A stretch of 64,000 bases of DNA, taken from the NCBI RefSeq assembly GCF_009914755.1, contig NC_060940.1. One strand, written 5' to 3'. Each line of letters begins with the position of its first letter. Position 1 is the first letter of the stretch. The position numbers and the translations under genes were made by a program. The notes under the pieces were generated by a model. It had not been told where the DNA came from and did not search any database. It saw only the letters and a program-made list of their open reading frames with translations. Below, one piece after another: positions 58,266-64,000 of the stretch. This DNA comes from the human T2T-CHM13v2.0 reference genome, Homo sapiens.

Positions 58266-58971
58266 GCCGGTTTTTCTGGTTAAATCATGCGGTGGGGAGG
58301 GGACGCCAACAGGGTGAGTTGGAGGCTCTTCCCTCGGCAGGCAGACTCGGACAGCACCGGGGGGTGGAGGGTGGGAGCTTCAAGTGGGGAAAACAACCCA
58401 ACAAACATGTGATGATAATAATATAATAATAATAATGACAACAGCCAGCACCTGTGGAGCACCCGCTATAAGGCAGACACGTCTAAGTGCTTTGCATTAA
58501 TAAAAATGACAACAGTCAGCACTTAGGAGCACCCTGTATAAGGCAGACGCTTTGCATGCACTGGCTCATTCAGCCTTAGAGTAGCCTTAGGTTTGGGACT
58601 GTTCTCGTTGCCTTGGTGCAGATGGGGTAGCTGAGGTGTGATGTGGCTGAGGTGCTCACTCGGGGTCAGGGCCGCCCAGGCACGTTCCTTGGCGAAGCTC
58701 CCACTGGGCCTGATCCAGCACCTGGCCCGGCCTCCCGGCCTTGGCTTACGCTGTATTTCCATCCGGGACCCCGGATTCCACCAGCTCCTCCCCATCCCTG
58801 CCTGAACACACCCACCAGCTCAGACCCCATGTCTGTCCCCGTCACGGGGTGCTGAGCCACCCAGAGGTGTTGTCAGCCCTGGGGTCTCGTCCCTCACTCT
58901 TCTGCCCTCTGGCCTCAGGACACACTTGTGGTAAATGATAAACGTTTTACTCTCCAGCTTTGGGGCCCAGG

Positions 58972-59146
58972 ACTGTCACCACACGTGGCCACTTATATTT
59001 CAATGAAACGCAACGCAAAATTCAGTTCCTCAGCTGCACTCACTGAATTTCAAGTGCTCACCACATGTGGCCGGTCTCCACTGCATTGAGCAACACAGAT
59101 CTAGAAGGTTCTTTCTGTCACGATACTTTGTATTGGATGGTGCTGC
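58972..59146. mobile_element. MER3/MER33-like hAT-Charlie fragment
   Basis: aaaattcagttcctcag...tttcaagtgctca...cacatgtggc...tattggatggtgctg. Confidence 0.75.
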
Positions 59147-59216
59147 TCTTGTTATTAGCCAAGGTGGGAGTCTTTGGGTGGGGAGGACATGGGACATAGG
59201 GAGGTTGAAGAGATGA

Positions 59217-59674
<458 letters not shown>

Positions 59675-59764
59675 TGATTTACAGAAGTCTTAAAAGATAA
59701 TGAAAAATGAAATCACATTTAGTCAAGCATTTTATAAACTGCCTTTATTGCAAAGGAAAAAAAC

Positions 59765-59980
59765 TAGCCTGGGCAACATAGTGAGACCCCCGTTTCTACA
59801 AAAAACTTAAAAATTGGCAGGACGTGGTGGTGCGCACCTGTGGTCCCAGCTACTGGTGAGGCTGAGGTGAGAGAATCACTTGAGCCCAGTCCTTTGAGTG
59901 AGGCTGTAGTGAGCCGCGATGGCATCATTGCCTGGGCAATAGAGTGAGACCCTGTCTCAAAAACAAAAAAGAGAAAAGGA
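59765..59980 (+). mobile_element. AluJ-type, 5'-truncated
   Basis: agcctgggcaacatagtgagaccc...gagtgagaccctgtctcaaaa. Confidence 0.9.
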
Positions 59981-61418
59981 GAGAAGAGACTAGCTAAGAT
60001 TGAGTATCTCCCTGAGTATCTGGGACGCTCTGTCATCATTCCTCCTTGTCTGTTTATACATACACGTAAACTGAGGCCCCTCACCTGGAGATTCCAGGGG
60101 CCTAGGAGGGCTGGTGTGATTGGGAGCTCAGGGCCTGGACTTAGTTCCTCACTTTGCAGAGTAATCTTGGGCAGCTTGACTCACTTTGGGGGTCCTCAGT
60201 TTCCCCATCCCCAGTGCCCCCATGGGCAAAACATTCTACAGATGGGTTGGGTGAGGATCTCAATTGAGGGGCAGGGTAGAGTGTGCACCTAGAAGGCCAG
60301 CAGGCAGCAGGGGCCTCCTCACGCATCTTCAGAAGGGACAGAGTTGGGCTGAGAGTCCCCTGAAGCTCCCCCAAAACTGTAAACATGGCCCACTGGCCCA
60401 TCGCACCGCTGGGAGCAGCCCAGTTCCCTTGAGGGGCTGACAAGAGGCTGGAGTCACACAGACTGAGCTTGATCTCAGCCGAGCATCTGTCCTGGCTCCG
60501 CACCCCTGGGACTCCCTTCCTGAGCCACAGTGAAAGGATGTTGAGACGAGGCCCACTGATTCCTTCGTTCTTCCACTGAACACATTCTCACCGGGTCCCC
60601 ACCACGAGCTGCAGAAACAGCAGCAGGCAAACCCAGCAAAGCTCAGCCCTCTTGCATCCTGCGGCCCCGTGGCCACTGCTCCTGCCACCCCTTCCCGGCT
60701 GCCCTCCAGGTGGAGGGGGAGCTGGGTGCCAGGGCGCCTCTGCCCCCCAAGGCATCAGGAATCCCAGCGAGAGCCCCTTCTCCGCCTGTGGGAGGAGGAG
60801 GGAGAGGGTTGTCAAAGCGGTCGGGCCTGGAGGGGTTCCCAGATGTCCTTCCCGCCTGGTCAGTGACCGCCCAGCGGGGTCACCATGCACTCCTCCAGGA
60901 GGGACACGCTTGTCATGTTGGCGCTTGTCAGGCCCGCGAAGGGAGCTGTGGCGGTTTAGCCTCCGCCCCTTGTGGTCCCCGTGCCCCAGCCTGACCTCGC
61001 CCTCTCCCCGTTGTTCTGCCCGTTGTTCTGCCAACCTCCCCCCGCCAGCTGCCCTGCCGCGTGGTTGCTATGGCAATCGCTCAGCTGTCAGGGGCCCACT
61101 GCTCCCTCTTCTTCTCTGGGGGCTGAGCTTCTGGGAGGCTTCTTCTGGGAGGCCCCCAGGAGCTGCCAGGCTGGGGAGAAGTTCCCCAGAGGCCCCTCTT
61201 GGTCCTGGAGAGAGGAGGGGGCCTTGACCTCTGCCCGGGCAGGATAGGGGCTCAGTGCAAGGGAGGAGGAGGGTTCTGCAGGGGCCACCGCGACTGTGGA
61301 AGGGAGAAGTAACATCATGTCACCAGGGGCGGGGGCTCGTGCCCCTGGTCTCCAAGGAACCCCGGTTGCCTCCCGGCTGCCCATCCGCACGGCCCCACTA
61401 TGTGCAGCCCCCGTCCTG

Positions 61419-61494
61419 CCCTGTGCTCCACCCTGGCCCACCCTGTGCTCCACCCTGGCCCACCCTGTGCTCCACCCTGGCCCACCCTGTGCTC
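61419..61494. repeat. 22-bp tandem repeat, 3.5 copies
   Basis: ccctgtgctccaccctggccca three times plus ccctgtgctc. Confidence 0.97.
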
Positions 61495-61855
61495 GCCCCT
61501 TCCCTCCGTGCTCCACCCCTCCTGCCGTGGGCTCCAGGCACCTGAAGACTTGTTTTTTGTGTAAAGAGGCCAAGGATCCACAAACAGCCAGACAGGGGAT
61601 CTCAGAATAAAGACCGAAGTCACAGCTGTCCTGCGGGGTGTGGGCTGGAGGCCCTCACGGCCGGCTTGTTTTGCCCCAGGGCAGCCAGGGCACAGAGAGG
61701 GTGGGCAGCTGCACAGAGCTGCCCAGGGCTAGGGGGAGGAGCTGCTTGTCCTGCTGCTGGGGTTTTGTCCCCTGTGGAAGCATCAGTGCCAGATGGGGGC
61801 CACACAGGTGGCAGAGGAGAGGGGAATTGAGAGCAGTAACAGTCCCGAGGGCAGG

Positions 61856-62073
61856 GCTGTGCCCCTGCCCGTGTGCCCACCACCTGCTCTCTGCTTCCCT
61901 GTTGCTCCTGCACTGTACTGGGACCCCCCACCCCTGCACGACATCCTGCAGTGATGGGCGCATGGGCCATGGCACTGAGGGCTCAGGGAGTCCATGGGTG
62001 GCCTCCGTGCCAGCATCCAGATGGGGGCCGAGGACATCTGTTGACCTACCCCGGCCCAGCTGCAGGGAGAAAG
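61856..62073 (+). repeat. Local duplication, copy 1 (218 bp)
   Basis: Aligns by eye to 62890-63106. Confidence 0.95.
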
Positions 62074-62440
62074 GGCTGGATGGTGACCACTCAAGCACAC
62101 AGAGGCGGGGCCCGACACAGCTTCCTGGAGGAGGAGGCCTACCGCAAGGCTCAGGGCTCCATCTGGCCAGCACTTACCAGAAAGGGACGGAGATGAGGCA
62201 GTGGAGGAGGGGGCTGGTGTCCCCGTGTGAGCCCCACAGGACATAGGGGGCCCTGCGGGGCATGGGCAGCCCCCCCGCAGCAGTGCTGGTCATCTTTGGT
62301 GGCGCTTCCAGACTGGGGCTCACGGCAGCCCACTGCCCTCCCATGGTACCTGGACACCTGACAGTCTAGTTGCCTCTGGTCTTGGGTCACACCACGGCTT
62401 TAATTTCAGTGACCTTGACTCTTGTCAGGTGAAACATTTC

Positions 62441-62811
<371 letters not shown>

Positions 62812-62889
62812 TAGGAGCGGTTCCCAGGGCAATGGGGGCTACGCCACAGGGCCCTTTCTGGCCCCCCGTGCTCCCTACTCCAGGGAGCT

Positions 62890-63106
62890 GCTGTTCCCCT
62901 GCCCATGTGCCCACCATCTACTCTCTGCTTCCCTGTTGCCCCTGCACTGTACTGGGAGCCCCCACCCCTGCATGACATCTGCAGTGATGAGCGCATGGGG
63001 CGTGGCACTGAGGGCTCAGGGAGTCCATGGGTGGCCTCTGTGCCAGCATCCAGATGGGGGCTAAGGACATCTGTTGACCTACCCTGGCCTAGCTGCAGGG
63101 AGAAAG
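62890..63106 (+). repeat. Local duplication, copy 2 (217 bp)
   Basis: Aligns by eye to 61856-62073. Confidence 0.95.
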
Positions 63107-64000
63107 CGAATGTGTTTGGAAAGGCCCGGCCTGGCATCTTGGGAGGGGGCATTCAGCCTGGGGGTGCTCAGTTCCACCATGGCTTGGCCCTGATGGGTCC
63201 TGGCCTCTCTCGGGTGCTCTGGTCACCAGGCCTCACCCAGTGCTCTAAGTGATCAGCCCTTACCACCCCCGCCTGGAGGGCCAAGGCTGCCCAGGGTCTG
63301 GGCCATTTCTTCTGCCCTGGGCTGCCGCATCCCAGCTCGCATTCTTGCCAGAGCTTTCCAAACACATGCTCAAGACTACACCTTCGCTTTGGCCCTAACC
63401 ATACCCAGTGTCGTGTGCTTGCCTGTCATACCTACCCTTGGGGGCAGGAGGCCTGGTGCCCCCACTCACTCAGTGTATGACTCTGCCTCGGTGCCTCAGT
63501 GTTCCATCTGTACAGTGAGCAGTTGCTGACTCAGTGAATTTCACGCAGTTTTGAGCTGTGCCTGACTTCTGGCAAGGGCTCAGCCAGGTAGGCACTTGGC
63601 ATGTTTCCCCTTATCCCGCAGAGGAGGAGGGCGCAGAGTGGGTAGGCACATCTCCGAGGCAGTCCAGCTGGTTCTGACTGACAGGAGGCACATCCACGGG
63701 GGCCTCGTGGGAGAGGCCAGGACAGGCTCAGAGTGGAGGGCTGCCCCGTGTGGTAGAGGGGACTTGGCGGCCAGCAGGAGAGGGCTGGGCATTGATGGGT
63801 TCCCGACCATCTTGAGGCCACTGACTTTCGGCAGTGTCCACAGGGCCCAGCAGATGCTTTCGGACAGATCATCCCACGGTGGATGGCTGTTCAGGTGCAC
63901 GCTAAGCACTTTGTATGCCAGAGCCGCCATCGTCCCCAGTCTACAGACAAGGAAGCTGAGGGGGTTGAGAATGTGCCTGTGTTTCTGCAGCTGGGCAGCA

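Overview
Primate (human-like) nuclear DNA from a GC-rich, Alu-dense, essentially non-coding region (a large intron, 5' region or intergenic enhancer territory). No ORF in the six-frame track looks like a real protein: they come from Alus, simple repeats or GC-rich chance frames. No tRNA, rRNA or CRISPR array was seen, and I cannot identify the locus from sequence alone. The window holds about 30 Alu elements or fragments (several nested, trimeric or inverted, many with readable target-site duplications), plus MIR, L2, old L1, MaLR LTRs and MER DNA transposons. It also has several VNTRs and microsatellites and a CpG-island-like promoter candidate near 37.8-38.4 kb. I found no convincing new biological system. 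The best leads are (i) a + strand CpG promoter/donor plus a microexon candidate behind a ~195-nt AG-free pyrimidine tract, (ii) an Alu fragment apparently copied from a neighbouring Alu, (iii) a closely spaced inverted Alu pair, (iv) higher-order G-rich and GGAT VNTRs, (v) a ~218-bp local duplication and (vi) several motif-dense enhancer candidates. Repeat subfamily calls and boundaries are by eye and approximate.
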